64,000 nt of DNA from the human T2T-CHM13v2.0 reference genome, Homo sapiens. Position numbers and translations under genes: made by a program. The notes under the pieces are model-generated. The model had not been told where the DNA came from and made no database searches. It saw only the letters and a program-made list of their open reading frames with translations. Shown here in pieces: positions 60,504 through 64,000 of the stretch (position 1 is its first letter; each line of letters begins with the position of its first letter). Location: assembly GCF_009914755.1 (NCBI RefSeq), contig NC_060933.1; one strand, 5' to 3'.

Positions 60504-63500
60504 CAAACCCATTCTATGACTGTTGAATCTAGGTACCAATGAAGAGCCACAATAGTATAATATACTGTCTTTCCTGCACCGTCCAAAACATTGACACTCA
60601 TTTCACTAAAATATTAAATCCTTGACAGTATCACTGGGCAGGAAGGCATCTGTGGTATAGTGTGGTGACTAAGAACTCTGCTTCTGGAGTCAAAGTGCCT
60701 GCATTTAAAACCCAATTGTGCCTTTTCCCTTAAACAATTTACTTAACTTCTCTGAGTCTCAGTTGTTAACCCAGGCCAATAATAGTCTTTATCTGTGTGT
60801 GTGGATTAAGTGAGTTAATATTTATGAGTTCTTAGTACAGTACCTATCATATGTAAGCACCATTATTATTAATAATATAACTGTTATTTTAATTGACTAT
60901 TAGTATCACTGGTTATTGCAGATAATATAATTACCTTTTATCGAGCACCTACACTGTGATGAGCAAGTCCTATTTAAATTCTCATAACAATCCCATTATG
61001 CCTGTTATGTATTTGTATATTTTACTGATGGAAAAATCGAGGCTTAGAAGTTATATAACTTGTAAAAAGCAAAGAACACTTATAAGCCCATATCTGAGTA
61101 ACATCAAAACCCATTCTTTTAACCGTTATACTGTATTTCCTCCCACCAATGGCAGCTCCTCACAAGTTGATTGCCATTCTCACCACAACACAGGTTTGGT
61201 GTTTGCTGCCTACCTGACCTCCTTCTAGGCACTACAAACTGGAGCTTTCAGAGTATGCACGCTGTCATTTTGACTTGATTTGATTAATGGGCATCTAAAC
61301 CAATCTGGTTGGTGGCAAGCTGCCATAGAAAAAAACCCTATGCATATAAAACAGAAAATCAGATTTTGCCACATCCTGACTGGGTGAATTTGAGATTATG
61401 TCACACCAAAAAAAAAAAAATTTAACATCACCCTTGGCTACCAGAAGTCCTGATCTGCTTCCTCTGGATTCTAAGAGAATAATGAAATGTATGCAACTAG
61501 GTCATTATGCTTCTGATATTGGGTCATCTTAAAAGCAGATCGCTTTTAAAAACCAGTTTTTAGACCAGTCCATATAGACTAAGATCTCATGAGTTTGAAA
61601 TTTTTGATAAAAACACACATGTAAGAACCATAACACAACTATATGAGCAACTGCATGCAGATCCCAAAAAGTCAGTTTTTGAATATTAGCAGAGTCAGGA
61701 ATACTCTCCCAAAAAAACAAACTTGTCTTGCTGAAAGTTCACCAACGAAACTACAAAATTCCTAGGTTAAGGGCTCTAATGATAATGTTTGATATATGGA
61801 GAAAAATGTAGAAAATCATTTCATGCATTTTAGTCATTTTGAGCCTCACACCAGTTCCTTCAGGTGAGCAGTGAAGAAACCATTTCATTGTACAGATAAA
61901 GAAATTGAGAGTCTGAGACAGTGAGTGATATTCCTAGGACAGAGAGTTAGTTAAGTGATAAAGCTTAAATTCTAAGGTTAAGGTTAAGTCACTGTCCTAG
62001 ACTGCCAGGCATTTTTCTTCAAATACCTATTTTTGAAATGTGCCATACACTTGAGAAGAGCAGAACGAGGTTTCTGCCCTCACCATCTAGGAGATACCAC
62101 GAAAATAAATAGTCACGACAATTCACCACATCCTAAGTATACGTTCTGGGCGGGATGCTACCACACTCTTCTGGAGGTGAGGGAGACGGCAAGTATTGAT
62201 CAACCTGAGCCACATCTCTTATCAGGAATGTTTTATTCCCCTAGTTTTGAGAATAGAAATAAAATGTGGGTAAGCAAACAGAAAACCATGAAACATTTCA
62301 GGAGTTACATCCTTGGGTTTTTCTAAAACCATAGGAAAAAGAAGCCATGAAATGAAAGAATGGCAACAAGTAAGCCGAAAATTAATATTTAGACAGCAGT
62401 ATTAACTGGGTTTAGCTGGAATTTTACTTCAAACTGGCGTGATGGATGTGTTACATCTTTAGGGATAACATTTTGCAGTGGTTGGTGGCAGGGAGAGGAA
62501 GCTAGCTAGCTAAAAGATGTTCCGCAAACATGCAGAAAAGGAAAGTAGAACATCTTGTCTTTGCTCCACCACTAACAAGCTGAGATGAGTTGGGGAATTC
62601 TGCAGGACTAATACTCTTAATGAAAGCTCATTTAAGCTGGAAGTGATTGGCAATGTATCTACAACGTCTCAGACAACAAGACAATTGAAACAGCCAAACA
62701 ACATGCTTTTTTATATTTAAAAAAATCCATCAAATTAGCTACAATGCTAAGGGTGTACATTGCCTTTTACAAACATCACCATGGTTTGCTCTTCTATTCA
62801 GTAACTTTCTCTCCAGATAAAGACAATGAAATGTGAATTAATTGATCCCTTCTTATATTGTCTTTAACACAGACTTATTTTCATATTGCTTTCGTGTTCT
62901 ATTTATAGAACCTGGAATGTTAAGCATCATAAATAAATATAAATCTCTTTTTTAAAAATTCACCTATTACAGAAACTGAGTATTAATAGTTAAAGGAGAT
63001 TACAAAGAGGTATTGGCCTAAAAGCGATCTAGTCCCTGTAATGTACTACTTCATTCTATTAAGGCTACATAAAAATACAGAAGATTTTACTAGTAGTGTT
63101 TTATTTTGCAGAATTCTATTAAAAGTGGTGGTGCTTCAATTGTGGCTTATTAAGAACCCCAAGCAGATGCTTTGGTCTTAAAGCAGCATCTTTAATGGCA
63201 TATGCTTTTAAGGATAAATATTTTATACTGTTTAAATCTATTATGCACATCTAACTACCCATGCAGAAATGGTGCAGAGAATAGAACTTAACTCTTGCTA
63301 TATATTTCCTGTGTCCTGTGATAGAACCTGTATCAAATACAGGTAGGCATTCCATTTAGAGGTAACTGTCCGATACATCATTAAAACAGATAGAAGTAGA
63401 CCAAACTTGCAAGAAAAATTACTTGAACAATATGGGAAAAGGAAAATTCAGTGTTTAGCTCTTTCTTCCTTGCCTTGAGAGGAGACATCTTGTGAACTTT

Positions 63501-64000
63501 CATTGTCATCTAACCCCTCTCTCACCCCCACCCCAACCACACACCCTTTGCAGGCAATTTAGGGAAAGTACATTGAGATTGGGGGTCCTAACTCTGCATA
63601 CTAGCCATGTGAATGTATTCAAAATTAGTCCAGCTGTCTGAGATTCTGTCTCACCATCTGAAAAATAAGACAATTGGATCAAATGACTTTTAAAGACTAT
63701 GGTTCTCTCATCTTCCAGGGAGCTTTGGTCATGTGCATTAATATTCCCCCCTTGTTATAGCCACGTCACACAGATAAGAGTAGGGTAGAAGAGAGGAGGG
63801 GACTTGGAAGCAACTAAGCAATTCTGAATGATGCTGAATAACTTGTCCATGGCAGTAGCCAGCACACTTCCCTCCTGGAGAGCAGGACGATACTCGGGGC
63901 TTTCACTAAGTGAAATGACCCAGCCAAACATGCAGTTAACAACCACTGTCAAATCAGAACCGTGCACTAGCCTCTTCTCTCCGTCCATCCTCCTGAAAAC

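Noticed and set aside
59080-61140. Oppositely oriented MIR pairs
   Set aside because: Highly diverged and not flanking any exon, so no support for stable pairing or back-splicing.
61845-61870. Second CAG|GTGAGC juxtaposition
   Set aside because: Short pyrimidine tract interrupted by an AG, inside a MIR remnant; far weaker than the site at 57388.

Overview
Primate (almost certainly human) genomic DNA, AT-rich and repeat-dense, lying entirely within the RORB gene (RAR-related orphan receptor beta, NR1F2) on the + strand. The window holds the distal part of the long first intron, the 40-nt coding part of the alternative first exon of isoform ROR-beta2 (MCENQLKTKADAT, 30868-30907, missed by the ORF track), the two zinc-finger exons (45558-45643, 49906-50047) and the hinge exon (57692-58093). 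The ROR-beta1 first exon and the ligand-binding-domain exons are outside the window. The rest is intron with about 12 Alus, a FAM, L1/L2/MIR remnants, MaLR LTRs, hAT MITEs and microsatellites. I found no evidence of a wholly new gene system. The most notable unexplained structures are: (1) a ~190-bp, ~95% identical non-TE inverted duplication, one arm bracketed by a 17-bp direct repeat; (2) a textbook recursive-splice/poison-exon motif 303 nt upstream of exon 4; (3) a poly(A)-less, internally primed L1 fragment with a perfect TSD stacked on an Alu; (4) CRX/NRL motif clusters around the beta2 exon; (5) tandem ROREs and a strong CTCF motif in intron 4; (6) frame-preserving exon 2-3 geometry compatible with a stop-free circRNA. 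All coordinates were read by eye, and old-repeat boundaries and subfamily calls are approximate.
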